The notes: generated by a model from the sequence alone, not told the origin. Counted from the stretch's first letter, positions 20,515 to 31,257 are shown. The stretch: DNA of 64,000 bases from Candidatus Nomurabacteria bacterium (GCA_026396015.1 JAPLXP010000002.1:5502-69501), one strand, 5' to 3'. Numbers and translations: made by a program.

Positions 20515-21741
20515 TTAATCTTTTTTATACAATAAAATAAAAAACACACCAGATAATATTATAGTCAAAGCGGCTATCAACAATGGAGTAGTCGGTGCGA
20601 GTGCAGCAGCGATGAACCCTGAGAGTATTGCTGGTATAGCTTGGGCTAGTGCCTGCACAGAAGAGCTAATACCCATGATTTCCCCTCTTTGATCAGCGGG
20701 TGCAGATTTTGAAAGCAGACTATTGATATTTGCCATTGTGAGTCCTGTACACACAGAGAAAAATGGAGGGATCAAAAGTAGCTGCCAAGTGTGATTTGGA
20801 AGAAAGTATGCCAATACCATGAACCCTGCACCAGATAGTGAGTATTTCAATATCTGCGGCTCAGTAAATTTCTTTGAAAATGCACGAGTTAGCACTGCTT
20901 GAGTAAACACACTCCAGATACCTACATAGGCAAAGAAGTCTCCGATATTACCTTGAGTAAAAGAAAATTTATTGATCAGGAATACACCAAAGAAAGTAGT
21001 GAAAAATGTAAAACCTCCAAAGAATAAAAAGTTTGTAAAGAATAATGCACTCATACCCTTCATCTGCATCGCACGCTTTATGTTTGATATTGATTTACCC
21101 CAAGTCAAATCTTCTGTTCGTAAATTTTTATTTGTCTCAGGTACTAGGAACAATACAGACAACATATTCACAAAAGCCAAGAATGCAGCAAAATAAAATG
21201 GTACAGCAGCAGTAAACCAAGACACGACTGATGGATCAGACAATTTACCTCCTATATATGGTCCAAATATAAAACCAAGACCAAATGCTGCACCTAGCAT
21301 TCCAAAATTCTTTGCTCTATTCTCTGGAGTAGATACATCCCCTATCATAGCCTGAGCGATAGAGATATTTCCACCAGTGATACCATCGAAAAATCTTGAA
21401 GCAAATAGCAATGGAATATTTTTTGTGATTATAGCTATGGCAAAGAGCACGTATGATATTGCAGTACCTAGTAGCGCTATGCTGAGTATCTTCCTTCTTC
21501 CGTATTTGTCAGACAACTGCCCTAGTATAGGTGTAGCTATGAACTGACCGATAGGATAAACAGCTATCAGCAATCCGAGCAGCATATATCCCTGATTCAG
21601 AGTGTAGCCAAATGGCAACATATAATCAGTAGATAGAGGGTTTGCAAATAATTGTGGTATGACTGGGATTAAAATACCGACCCCCAATAGATCGATAAAT
21701 ACGGTTAGAAAAATTGTAATTAGTATTTTATTTTTGAACAT
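20515..21741 (-). CDS. MFS transporter (TetA/DHA1-like)
   Basis: [39 protein letters not shown], about 12 TM. Confidence 0.9.
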   Translation of the reverse strand: MFKNKILITIFLTVFIDLLGVGILIPVIPQLFANPLSTDYMLPFGYTLNQGYMLLGLLIAVYPIGQFIATPILGQLSDKYGRRKILSIALLGTAISYVLFAIAIITKNIPLLFASRFFDGITGGNISIAQAMIGDVSTPENRAKNFGMLGAAFGLGFIFGPYIGGKLSDPSVVSWFTAAVPFYFAAFLAFVNMLSVLFLVPETNKNLRTEDLTWGKSISNIKRAMQMKGMSALFFTNFLFFGGFTFFTTFFGVFLINKFSFTQGNIGDFFAYVGIWSVFTQAVLTRAFSKKFTEPQILKYSLSGAGFMVLAYFLPNHTWQLLLIPPFFSVCTGLTMANINSLLSKSAPADQRGEIMGISSSVQALAQAIPAILSGFIAAALAPTTPLLIAALTIILSGVFFILLYKKD

Positions 21742-21804
21742 TGTTCCACTGTACCACAAATATCGCCAATTCAAAATTGACGATACGATACAGGAGTTAC
21801 TATA

Positions 21805-24800
21805 TTATTCTACAGATGATGTGATAGTTTCTATTGTTTGTTCTGTTGATGGTATTATTGGAATTTCTGCTGGGGATACGACTCCTATTGCTGTTGTATT
21901 TGTAGGGGGGGCTACTTCTGTTACGGGACTTAAATTACTTGATCCCCCTGCCTGCAAAAGTAGTGCTTTGAATTGTTCTTTTGTAGCACAGACATCATCC
22001 ACACAAATTTTATCATCTATATGCAATACTCCTATTGTCATTTCTTTTGCAAAAGTAATTTGATCTTTCAAAAAAGAAACAATAAGTGTTCCCACAGAAT
22101 TTGATTTAGTTAAATCTAAAGATACAACATTTGATAATTTTAAATCTAAATCTTGTATTGATTTCACAAGCAGTGGAGTAAGTCTACCGTAGTCTACCAT
22201 CCATGGGGTAGATTCTGGTCCAAGAGGTACTAGACCATCGTCTCCATTTGTAGATACAGCGTATGGATACACTGTATCTAATTGCTGAGCAATAAAACCT
22301 TGTGTGGAAACATGACTTGAATCATTAATAAAATCAAAATCTACAACCTTTATTTTCAACAAATCATTGAGTCCTTTTGTAGTCAAAGGATTATTTAAAT
22401 CAAAATTTTCCTTCAAGCGAGCATCTGATGTTGTATTGTATGCAATAGTAGTAGCAGCATTTTGAGAAATACTTCCAATAACAGTGGCGTCTGGTCTCTG
22501 GAAGGTAATCATTTCTGATGAAGCTACTCCTGTATTATTACCTGCTAAAACAAGTAGTCCGTTGTTTTGAGTTACACCACCAAGAGTATTCGCGATTCTT
22601 GCTGTATGTGTACCTGCAGCTGGAGTATTGGTGACATGCAATCTATTTAAAATACTTCCACCATTTGTACCTATTCCTACATTTGCATTCGCATCAAAAT
22701 TCATAACATTAGTAGCACTACCAGATAATTGGAAGGCCAACTCAGCAGAATTACCTTTTACGGTATTAACTTTAACGGTAGACCCCGTAATACTACTAAC
22801 TGCCCAAAAATTAGTAGCATGAACATCACCAGAAACATTTAATTTATAACTGGGATCATAAAGACCTATTCCAACATTGCCATTAAAATAGGAAGGAGCT
22901 GTTGTCGCATTATAAAAAGCAAAACTTGTACCTGTCACAGTCGGCATTCCTGAAACATACACTCCATAACTGTTTACCACAGTACCACTTCCTCCGTTAT
23001 TAGAATTTGATACGTATAATCCATATTGATTGGTCACAGGGTTTATTGTCATATTTCTTGTTCTCAACTGAACACCATAAAGATTATCAACTGTTATGTT
23101 TTCACCGGTATTTCCAGCATCAGCAAAAATACTTGAACCAATAGCAGAACCCGTAGTACTATTGGTGGTTTTTTGATATTGCATAAAAAAGCCAACATTA
23201 GATGTATTTAAACCTGTATCTTGTGAATTAAATTGAATAAACCTACTACTCAATGCCCCAGACCGAACTGAATTTACATAGAGAGTAGAAGCAGTATTAT
23301 TATTATCCACATTATTTAAATACATATTACCTGCTGAATCAACTTTTAATTTACTTACACCATATGTCTGCATATTAAATAAATCCCCCACATAACCATT
23401 TGACTCATTTATTGCAAATGATGTACCAGAAGATGATCCGACAAAATGACCTGAGGATGTCCCATCAAACAGTCCACTACCGAGTGATACAGTTCCATAA
23501 CTACTAGAACTAGAAGAAGCATTAATATGTAATTCAGAAACAGGATCAGTAGAACCTAAGCCAATATGACCAAGTCTATCAATAGTCATGGCTGTATTAT
23601 TAATACCAGAACCATACGTATTTGTGGTACCAAATTGTAATTTACTTCCACCACCAGTTTGAATTGAAGCAATTCTAGATGAAGCGCTAGTTTCGTTTAC
23701 ACCACCCTGAAAATCAATTGTTGTGTAATTATTTGTACCAGAGATATTTCTAAGAAGAAGTGTACCAAAACCTGTCCCAGTAAAAGACGTGCGAGGTGTA
23801 CTCTCTTGTATTTGGAATTTTGTAACTGGTGTTGTAGTTCCAGCCCCGATATTCCCATTTCCTAAAACAGAAAATATTTTTCCTCCAACTAAAGAATATG
23901 GGGAGTAACTATTTGAATTAGTCCATGTGGTATCTGTTGTGAGACTCGTACTTGAATTAATTGCTGAAATTGTATGAGTCTCTCCATTTACTGTTATTGT
24001 GTCCCCTACTTTAAATGTATTAAAAAACAATGTGCCAGTATTACTTCCTGAGTTGCCTGTGACAGTCGCACTCCCTGAAACAGTATTTACAGTTCCTGGG
24101 CCAGTAGTACTTTGGCCAACTTGAAAGTTTGTATCTGGAGAAGAAGTCCCCACACCAACAACTTTATTTTGAGATACAGTCAAAATTGAATTTACATCAA
24201 GCAATCCAGCTGGACTATTGGTTCCAATACCAACATTTCCACTCACAATCATTCCGTTTAAAGGAGAAGCATTCACTCCGGCATAGCTACCAACAGACAT
24301 ACCACCATTTATATCAAATTTGGAAAGTGGACTTATTCCGACTCCAACTTTTCCTAATAACAAAGAATCTCCACTTGAATTCAAGGCAGAACCTACAACA
24401 GGACTAAATGTAGCAGTATTGTATATAAGTGTCCCAACTGCTTCATATCCAGCAGTATTAAGATGAATATTGTCCCCTGAATCATATTCAATTTTCAATG
24501 CATTAGGATTTTCAGAATCAACAAGAGCGGAGTAAGCATCTACTCGATAGTCAACATTGCGGGCGCTATTTTTAATCCAAGTATTTACATTATCAACAAC
24601 ACCTTGCCTTTGTATTGTCCAATAAGTACTTCCTTTCCAAGGGGTTATAGTAACAGCAATCACTTTCAATCCTGCAGCAGAAGCAGAGTCATACATAGCT
24701 TGCAAATTTTCCTCTATAATAGAAGCTGTAACATTACCTGAAGCATCATTTACCCCACCCCAAACAATCACATACTCAGCATCAGAATGAGAAGTAACAT

Positions 24801-25320
24801 CACTATTAAAACGTGCCAGCATTTGTCCTGTACCCTGACCAGGAATACCTTTATTATTTTCAGCCCAAGAAGAACCAAGTAAGGAAATTAATTTATTTTC
24901 ATAAACTCCACCGCTAGCAATATTACTATTACTGTAAGTCAAACTATCCCCCATCGAATATATCTGATGAGGTGAATTAAATTTATTTGAGGCTACAATA
25001 GATAATTTATTAGTTGGGCTATTTGTTCCTATACCCAATCTTCCATTAGTCGAATCCCAATACAACGAAGATGCCCATGCTGGATTGGTGCCATTGGTAT
25101 AGAAGAGTTTTCCTGCATTTCCTGTCTGATCAGGGAGAAGAGAAACATAACAAGTCGCATCGCTTGGAGGACAACTTGGATTTGTGATATGGTCAGCAGG
25201 ATAATAAACAGCGTAAACTTTTATTGCAGTGTAATTTGTGAATGAAAATACTGCCAATACAATAAATATACGAGTTAAAACATATTTGAATTTTTTCATT
25301 GACACAGTTTGTTTACTCAT
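21805..25320 (-). CDS. Secreted fibre-like protein: SGNH hydrolase domain, GNVGIGT repeats, C-terminal peptidase S74 chaperone
   Basis: Signal peptide; GDSLT, GGVND, DNIH (SGNH blocks); repeated (N/R)(V/L)GIGT; TSDARLKEN...GFIAQ...VDYGRLTPLLVKSIQ. Confidence 0.85.
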   Translation of the reverse strand: MSKQTVSMKKFKYVLTRIFIVLAVFSFTNYTAIKVYAVYYPADHITNPSCPPSDATCYVSLLPDQTGNAGKLFYTNGTNPAWASSLYWDSTNGRLGIGTNSPTNKLSIVASNKFNSPHQIYSMGDSLTYSNSNIASGGVYENKLISLLGSSWAENNKGIPGQGTGQMLARFNSDVTSHSDAEYVIVWGGVNDASGNVTASIIEENLQAMYDSASAAGLKVIAVTITPWKGSTYWTIQRQGVVDNVNTWIKNSARNVDYRVDAYSALVDSENPNALKIEYDSGDNIHLNTAGYEAVGTLIYNTATFSPVVGSALNSSGDSLLLGKVGVGISPLSKFDINGGMSVGSYAGVNASPLNGMIVSGNVGIGTNSPAGLLDVNSILTVSQNKVVGVGTSSPDTNFQVGQSTTGPGTVNTVSGSATVTGNSGSNTGTLFFNTFKVGDTITVNGETHTISAINSSTSLTTDTTWTNSNSYSPYSLVGGKIFSVLGNGNIGAGTTTPVTKFQIQESTPRTSFTGTGFGTLLLRNISGTNNYTTIDFQGGVNETSASSRIASIQTGGGSKLQFGTTNTYGSGINNTAMTIDRLGHIGLGSTDPVSELHINASSSSSSYGTVSLGSGLFDGTSSGHFVGSSSGTSFAINESNGYVGDLFNMQTYGVSKLKVDSAGNMYLNNVDNNNTASTLYVNSVRSGALSSRFIQFNSQDTGLNTSNVGFFMQYQKTTNSTTGSAIGSSIFADAGNTGENITVDNLYGVQLRTRNMTINPVTNQYGLYVSNSNNGGSGTVVNSYGVYVSGMPTVTGTSFAFYNATTAPSYFNGNVGIGLYDPSYKLNVSGDVHATNFWAVSSITGSTVKVNTVKGNSAELAFQLSGSATNVMNFDANANVGIGTNGGSILNRLHVTNTPAAGTHTARIANTLGGVTQNNGLLVLAGNNTGVASSEMITFQRPDATVIGSISQNAATTIAYNTTSDARLKENFDLNNPLTTKGLNDLLKIKVVDFDFINDSSHVSTQGFIAQQLDTVYPYAVSTNGDDGLVPLGPESTPWMVDYGRLTPLLVKSIQDLDLKLSNVVSLDLTKSNSVGTLIVSFLKDQITFAKEMTIGVLHIDDKICVDDVCATKEQFKALLLQAGGSSNLSPVTEVAPPTNTTAIGVVSPAEIPIIPSTEQTIETITSSVE

Positions 25321-25324
25321 ATGG

Positions 25325-26248
25325 TTATTGCATTAAATTTTTAATAAATTGATAAAAGCTTAGCGGAGTTGATTTGATATAATTTACAATTATACGAAAC
25401 CACGATTTTTTACTAAAATTGACATCTTGGGGTATTTCATTTTTCTCTGTAGTATTTTTAGGTTTAGTAATCTTTGGAGGCTGTTCGGGTGGAATAAATG
25501 AAGATAATATTGGTCCATCTGATATTTTTATTGATGTTTTTTTTGAATTTGTATTTTTTGTGTTTTTGTTGGTGGGAATTTTATCAATTAAAGCTGTCTT
25601 ATTTTTATTTGGATCTGGGTTTATCTCTGGTGTGATTATTGGGTGTCCACCGCTATTACCCCTTGGTCTGACTGAATATGGGATATAATCAGTCATTGTT
25701 TTAAAATTTATCGCTCCACAAGAATTATCATTACTGCAATTAAAAGAAATATATCCAAAAGATTGCGCCCAAGCATAACCAGCAAAAGTTCCATCAGAAT
25801 TAATTTTAACAGTTTGATCTCCAGCTCCAGTTGGAGCAAAATTTACCCAGCCAGTCTGCGGACCCCAAGCATAACCAGATAAATTACCATATTGATCCAC
25901 AGTCACCTTGTAATCCGAAGAGATACAAGACCCTGGAACATTTGAACAATTATAACTAATCCATCCAGTAGCAGAACCCCACATCCAACCATTTATTTCA
26001 AAATCAAAGATGTTTGCATTTTGTTCAGGTTGTACAGTAAATTTTCCAACATTTATTTCCTTTGAAATATTATTTAATCCACTATTAGTAATAAGATACG
26101 CCCTGTTGTAACCTAGATTAGTTGGATCAAATGTACCATTCGAATTACTGGCAAGGACGGATACAGGAGATATAAAAAGTGTACAAAAAATAAACAAAGA
26201 TATGTGGAAAATAAATTTTTGTTTTTCAGTAGAAAATCTGTATAACAT
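25325..26248 (-). CDS. Secreted hypothetical protein with GYAW/GW repeats
   Basis: GWMWGSATGWISY, SGYAWGPQTGWVNF, AGYAWAQSFGYISF. Start at 26248, 6 nt after TATAAT. Confidence 0.7.
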   Translation of the reverse strand: MLYRFSTEKQKFIFHISLFIFCTLFISPVSVLASNSNGTFDPTNLGYNRAYLITNSGLNNISKEINVGKFTVQPEQNANIFDFEINGWMWGSATGWISYNCSNVPGSCISSDYKVTVDQYGNLSGYAWGPQTGWVNFAPTGAGDQTVKINSDGTFAGYAWAQSFGYISFNCSNDNSCGAINFKTMTDYIPYSVRPRGNSGGHPIITPEINPDPNKNKTALIDKIPTNKNTKNTNSKKTSIKISDGPILSSFIPPEQPPKITKPKNTTEKNEIPQDVNFSKKSWFRIIVNYIKSTPLSFYQFIKNLMQ

Positions 26249-26304
26249 AATAGTATTATACCTTTTTGTATGACAAAAAACAAAAATATGTCTATAATAC
26301 AAAA

Positions 26305-27228
26305 ATGCAAATAGGAACAATGATTTTAACAGTTTTAGGTCTTTGTCTTTTTGAGATAATCTCAAGTATAGACAATGCAGTTATCAATGCCGAAGTATTA
26401 GGGACAATGGGTAAAACGGGTCGTAGATGGTTTTTGACTTGGGGATTTTTCTTTGCCGTATTCGTAGTGCGAGGACTACTCCCATGGATTATAGTTTGGG
26501 CTACAGTGCCGTCTCTCGGACCAATAGGAGCATTTACTGCGACATTCTCCAATGACCCAAGTATTCACAATGCAATCGAGTCTTCATCACCAATACTACT
26601 GATGGGTGGTGGAATATTCTTAATATTTCTATTCTTTCACTGGCTATTCCTCGAACCAAAAAATTTCGGATTACGAGGAGAAAGATTCTTTCAAAAAAAT
26701 GGTGTTTGGTTCTTTGCTGTAGTCTCTATCATCCTATCTATCGTAGTATGGAACACATTAAAGATAAATAGTATGCTAGCTTTTGGAGCAATCATTGGAT
26801 CTACTGCATTTTTTATCACACATGGATTCAAAGAAAACGCTGAAAGAAGTGAGAAGAAATTGCTTTCAGGTGATAACAAAATGAGTGATCTATCAAAGAT
26901 TTTATATCTAGAAATCATAGATACTACATTCTCTATCGATGGAGTGCTCGGTGCATTTGCCTTTACGCTGTCTATACCACTGATTATCATTGGTAATGGA
27001 TTGGGTGCTTTTGTCCTCAGGCGTCTAACAATGCACAATATAGATCGCATAAAAATGTATGCGTACCTGAAGAATGGAGCGATGTATTCTATTGGAGCAC
27101 TCGGTATAATCATGATCGCTGATGGATTCGGTATTCATATTCCAGCATACATCTCCCCTATTATTACTTTTGTTATCATCGGATATTTCTTCTGGAAATC
27201 AAAAATAGCTCTAAATACTAAAATATAA
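26305..27228 (+). CDS. DUF475 / TerC-like membrane protein
   Basis: EIISSIDNAVINA, YLEIIDTTFSIDGVLGAFA, YLKNGAMYSIG. Confidence 0.85.
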   Translation: MQIGTMILTVLGLCLFEIISSIDNAVINAEVLGTMGKTGRRWFLTWGFFFAVFVVRGLLPWIIVWATVPSLGPIGAFTATFSNDPSIHNAIESSSPILLMGGGIFLIFLFFHWLFLEPKNFGLRGERFFQKNGVWFFAVVSIILSIVVWNTLKINSMLAFGAIIGSTAFFITHGFKENAERSEKKLLSGDNKMSDLSKILYLEIIDTTFSIDGVLGAFAFTLSIPLIIIGNGLGAFVLRRLTMHNIDRIKMYAYLKNGAMYSIGALGIIMIADGFGIHIPAYISPIITFVIIGYFFWKSKIALNTKI

Positions 27229-27268
27229 AATAAAAATATCCCCGGATAAAACCGGGGATATTTTTATT
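27227..27268. terminator. Bidirectional terminator
   Basis: AAAATATCCCCGG...CCGGGGATATTTT between convergent genes. Confidence 0.75.
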
Positions 27269-27274
27269 TGTATA

Positions 27275-27820
27275 TTATTTCCTAGACATGTATTTATAAT
27301 TTGAAAGAATCAAAATCATAAATACACCCATAGAGAATGCCATCACAGGCATAGTCACATATCCAAATTCATATATATATCGAATTGCACATGACACTTC
27401 AGTAGTACTACCTGTAGAACAGGCCAGATTTGCAGCACCACCATTCTCTACATATATATGGAACAATGAAATCATAGTCCCCACAAAAGCTAATACTAGA
27501 GAATAATCTACAATCATCTTTTCCTTTTTATAAAGTTCCATACCAAATAAAATCACTTGTGGATAAATAAATATTCTCTGCATCCAACACAGTTCACAAG
27601 GAGGAAATCCTACAACACTCGAATAGAACAATGACAAAGCTGTAGCACCCAATGCAGTAAGAAATCCAATAATGAAAGTATAATCATGCAGGAATTTCAA
27701 AAATGCATTGTCTCTTTTTCTAAAAAAAAGAAAATTAGCAACTATAATAAAACAAAATATTTGGAGTGCGATAGTACCTAGGGATAAAATGTAGTTTAAA
27801 TTTTCTACGTATGCAGGCAT
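27275..27820 (-). CDS. Disulfide bond formation protein (DsbB/BdbC family)
   Basis: SLFYS..PPCELCWMQRIFIYP, second Cys pair, FGYVTMPVMA. Confidence 0.88.
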   Translation of the reverse strand: MPAYVENLNYILSLGTIALQIFCFIIVANFLFFRKRDNAFLKFLHDYTFIIGFLTALGATALSLFYSSVVGFPPCELCWMQRIFIYPQVILFGMELYKKEKMIVDYSLVLAFVGTMISLFHIYVENGGAANLACSTGSTTEVSCAIRYIYEFGYVTMPVMAFSMGVFMILILSNYKYMSRK

Positions 27821-27821
27821 A

Positions 27822-28406
27822 TTACTGAGGAAGTGTAAATTTAATCTGCTCTGCTAAAAAGTTAAGAGGAATTTCTCCTGTAGCAAAAGAACTATTGTCG
27901 AACTTCCATGTACCAGCGGTTACTATCGGATCCTTTACACTTTTAATTGAAAATTTGTAATCTGAAAAAATCCAAGTACGAGCATATGCAGAGTGAACAT
28001 TGGCACAAATATCGGGTTCACCTTTTATTGATTCTCCTGTTGGACTCGCAGCACACACAGTAGGATTCTTGTCAGAAGAAGTAAGTGATATACCATCTTT
28101 AAATCTCCATGATGGGAAACTTTCAATTTTGTTATCTAGACAGATTTGAGTTGTCTTTCTGTCTGCAGTTGAACATTCAACATATGGCAAATACTGTTTT
28201 GCACTACCAAATTCTGCTTTTTGAGCCTGACAATGCGGGCACCAGAATGCACCGAAGAACTCTGCTCCATTACTCTTTAAAGCTTTTGCAAAGTCGTCAT
28301 ATTTACTAGGACCAGCAGCCCTATTAGCAAGAAAACCCAATCCAACAACCAGAATAATAATACCAACAATAGAAACGATAAATATAGCCTGTTTTGATTT
28401 CATCAT
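27822..28406 (-). CDS. Membrane-anchored thioredoxin-fold oxidoreductase
   Basis: FFGAFWCPHCQAQK, YVEC, C..I.SFPSW. Confidence 0.85.
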   Translation of the reverse strand: MMKSKQAIFIVSIVGIIILVVGLGFLANRAAGPSKYDDFAKALKSNGAEFFGAFWCPHCQAQKAEFGSAKQYLPYVECSTADRKTTQICLDNKIESFPSWRFKDGISLTSSDKNPTVCAASPTGESIKGEPDICANVHSAYARTWIFSDYKFSIKSVKDPIVTAGTWKFDNSSFATGEIPLNFLAEQIKFTLPQ

Positions 28407-28428
28407 ATATGTATTATATCAAAATTAG

Positions 28429-30552
28429 CTAATTAAAAATAGATACGAAACTCTTAAAAGCATGAGCTATACCACTGAATATACCACCCATAAACTTGTA
28501 AATCTTGTCTGAAACATCAGAGTTAGCAGCACTAGCAGATAGATTTACCTTGCTTGATTGATCTGATGATTTTACTGCATCTTTGTTTTGGATTGTTATT
28601 GTTTTATTTTGTACAACCTGATTAGTCTTTTGAATTTTAGCAATTTCCTTTGTTTTTATTGGAAGAATTTCTTTGTTTGTTATTTCAGGAATTTTTTCAA
28701 CTAAATCATCTTTTTTAACGGTGACTTCCTCTTTTTTAATTTCCTTTTTTATCTCAATTGAGCCGCCGCCAGAAGCAACAATCGGTGTAATATATTTACC
28801 AAAATTATTTAAACTATTACTAAAACTCTTGTGCATTATTGCTGGTATGGCGTAGCTAGTAGACCAAATACGATTAGATATATCGGAATTTATATCCTCC
28901 ATTCCCCCATCTATTTGTTGATTTTTTGCTAAATAATTTTCTGCTCGTGTCACATTCAAGGACAAAGAATTATTTAGACTCATTGCCTGAAGAGCCCAGC
29001 TAGTAGAAAAATTATTACCAAAACCACCGTTTGATTGATTTTGATTTATTATCAAATAATTCTCAGCTCTATTAATCGCATCAGAATTACCTCCATAAAA
29101 TCTTAAAGCTTGAAGGCCAGCAGCAGTCATATCAGCACTATCACTCCAAGATCCATTTGGCAGTTGATGTCCGACAAGATACGATATATCTTTTGATATA
29201 AAATCATCTTCTTGTGTATATCCAGATTTTCCGAGAATTATCAATCCAAAAATATCATCATTGATTAAATTTGCGTCCCCAATCTGAGTACCATCAAAAG
29301 ATTTTACTATTTTATCTATATAGTTAATACTTGTACCATTATAAGGACTAATTCCTAGCGCTGATAGTGCCATAGCATGACGCTCATTGTCTGTAATAAC
29401 ATCTGAGTTGAAAGCATTATTCTGTAAATAATTTTTTAATTTCACAACAAATGGTGCATTGGAAATACCAGCAGAAATAGCAACCCAATCGGTATAGAGA
29501 GTATCACCAAACGAGCCATCTGGATTCTGTTTGCTCAACAAAAAATTATTTGCATTTGATATTGAAAAAGTTGGAACTGGAATTCCACCTCCTCCACCTG
29601 AAGATACAGGCAGTATAGTGATATCCAAAGAATATGGAACATACAGTGTTTTAGATCCGGTAGCTTTAAATGCGCCATCTTCATTCATAATAAGAGAACA
29701 TGTTCCATCTGATACAGTAGAACAAGATTGACCTCCAATTGAGATTACAACATCCGAAGATGGTGTCCAAATCATATTAAAATTTGAATCATAAGTACTC
29801 TTTTCCTCAGCAGTGAATACAATAGTATCACCAATAGTACCAGAATATTTATCTGCAGAAATTTTCAATGGATAAGAATTGTAAGTTAAAACAATTTGCT
29901 CTTCATCCTGTAATATGTGTTGATTTAGTCCAGTAGAACCAGAATTTAAATCTTCATATTTTATTTGATAAAACCAGCCCCAGTATTTTGAATAATCAGA
30001 AGCAGTTGAATAAGTACCAAGCTCGTCCATCCAACCACTTGGTGCATAATCCCAAGTCCAAGTATTTGATAACCCAGATTGTTCTACAGCACATTTACCA
30101 TTGATTGTTCGAATACCACTATTTGGTGATTCTTCGCAAGCATTCACAGTCTCAGTGCCGTCAAACAATACTGCATCCCCCGCATATGCCTTCAGTACTA
30201 TTGTCACAGGAGTCGGGTCTACTATCACTGTCCTCTTTACCTCAACGGCAGAATTTAATGAAAAATCTTTCACATTATAGGAAACAGAATAATGGCCGAC
30301 AGTATTTGTATCTATACTACTAATCGAAATAATATTTGAGGAAATATCACCATCAACATCATCGAGGGCTGTCGCACCTGAATCAACATATACATCACCT
30401 TTATTTATATAAACAATTGAATCCCCTGATAGTGAAATGATTGGGGCCGTAGTATCTAATGGCGGATTAGAAGCTGGCTCTTCTGCCTGAGCAATAGATC
30501 CGATAAAAATAAAAGCTAGTATCAATATTGAGTTTAAAAATTTGTTTTTCAT
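28429..30552 (-). CDS. Secreted Ig-like + DUF4430-like + prenyltransferase-type alpha-barrel protein (putative cobalamin capture protein)
   Basis: Signal peptide from ATG 30552; DTTAPIISLSG..YVDSGATALDDVDGD (Ig-like); repeats QNPDGSFG, QLPNGSW, QSNGGFG, QQIDGG. Confidence 0.7.
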   Translation of the reverse strand: MKNKFLNSILILAFIFIGSIAQAEEPASNPPLDTTAPIISLSGDSIVYINKGDVYVDSGATALDDVDGDISSNIISISSIDTNTVGHYSVSYNVKDFSLNSAVEVKRTVIVDPTPVTIVLKAYAGDAVLFDGTETVNACEESPNSGIRTINGKCAVEQSGLSNTWTWDYAPSGWMDELGTYSTASDYSKYWGWFYQIKYEDLNSGSTGLNQHILQDEEQIVLTYNSYPLKISADKYSGTIGDTIVFTAEEKSTYDSNFNMIWTPSSDVVISIGGQSCSTVSDGTCSLIMNEDGAFKATGSKTLYVPYSLDITILPVSSGGGGGIPVPTFSISNANNFLLSKQNPDGSFGDTLYTDWVAISAGISNAPFVVKLKNYLQNNAFNSDVITDNERHAMALSALGISPYNGTSINYIDKIVKSFDGTQIGDANLINDDIFGLIILGKSGYTQEDDFISKDISYLVGHQLPNGSWSDSADMTAAGLQALRFYGGNSDAINRAENYLIINQNQSNGGFGNNFSTSWALQAMSLNNSLSLNVTRAENYLAKNQQIDGGMEDINSDISNRIWSTSYAIPAIMHKSFSNSLNNFGKYITPIVASGGGSIEIKKEIKKEEVTVKKDDLVEKIPEITNKEILPIKTKEIAKIQKTNQVVQNKTITIQNKDAVKSSDQSSKVNLSASAANSDVSDKIYKFMGGIFSGIAHAFKSFVSIFN

Positions 30553-30556
30553 ATAA

Positions 30557-31027
30557 TTAAAATGATTCTTGCTTCCAGGTGACGACATCGCCTGATTTAA
30601 TTTTATTTTTGGACACTCCCATACTTGCCTTTTTACCATCCAGATAATAGAGCCAATATTTCCCCGGTGTACCAGGTACTCCATTGATACTATCCACAAA
30701 ATTCCCCAAGCTACTGTACTCCTTTGAATGAAAAGAAAATCCCGAATTTTTATCATTGTTTAGCTTTTCCATGGCATTGTATACTGTACTACCTGGATCA
30801 ACCATTATTTGATATGAATTGTCCCCTACTTCTATCTTTACACTCTCTGTATTTTTATCAACTTTATCTATACTTTTTTTCTCTTCAGTCGGTTTTACGA
30901 TTTCTTTTTTAATAACATTTTTTTGAATGATACTTTTGTTTTTTGTCTTTGCAAATGCAACGTTCGAAAAAGACAAAATCATTACCAAAAAAATGAAAAC
31001 TATTTTATTTATTTTTTTATATGTCAT
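30557..31027 (-). CDS. DUF4430 (transcobalamin C-terminal-like) secreted protein
   Basis: GSTVYNAM, LGNFVDSINGV, YWLYYLDGKKASMGV, GDVVTW. Confidence 0.85.
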   Translation of the reverse strand: MTYKKINKIVFIFLVMILSFSNVAFAKTKNKSIIQKNVIKKEIVKPTEEKKSIDKVDKNTESVKIEVGDNSYQIMVDPGSTVYNAMEKLNNDKNSGFSFHSKEYSSLGNFVDSINGVPGTPGKYWLYYLDGKKASMGVSKNKIKSGDVVTWKQESF

Positions 31028-31055
31028 TTTTATGCGGAATTAATCCTGTTAAATA

Positions 31056-31087
31056 ATAAAAACTCCTGCGCGAGCAGAAGTTTTTAT
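31056..31087 (-). terminator. Riboswitch-controlled terminator
   Basis: ATAAAAACTTCTGC-TCGC-GCAGGAGTTTTTAT. The 5' arm can alternatively pair with CGAGCAGGA (31109-31117). Confidence 0.75.
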
Positions 31088-31124
31088 ATCCTTTTTAACA
31101 AAGAGATTTCCTGCTCGGGTAAAC

Positions 31125-31242
31125 AATTTATATATTAAGATCGGACTTGTCTCTTGCGAGCTTTACCGTTGCGGCACAGTGGAGGAATGTATCCGTCTAT
31201 TTACATAGATTAGGATGAACCTCACTTCCAAACATATAAACT
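31125..31242 (-). promoter_or_regulatory. Cobalamin riboswitch (short variant)
   Basis: Minus strand reads GGAAGTGAGGT...ATTCCTCCACTGTGCCGCAACGGTAAA...AAGTCCGA, closed by a TTTATATGTT/AATATATAAA stem, in a B12 gene context. Confidence 0.85.
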
Positions 31243-31257
31243 TAAATTTTAAATGAA

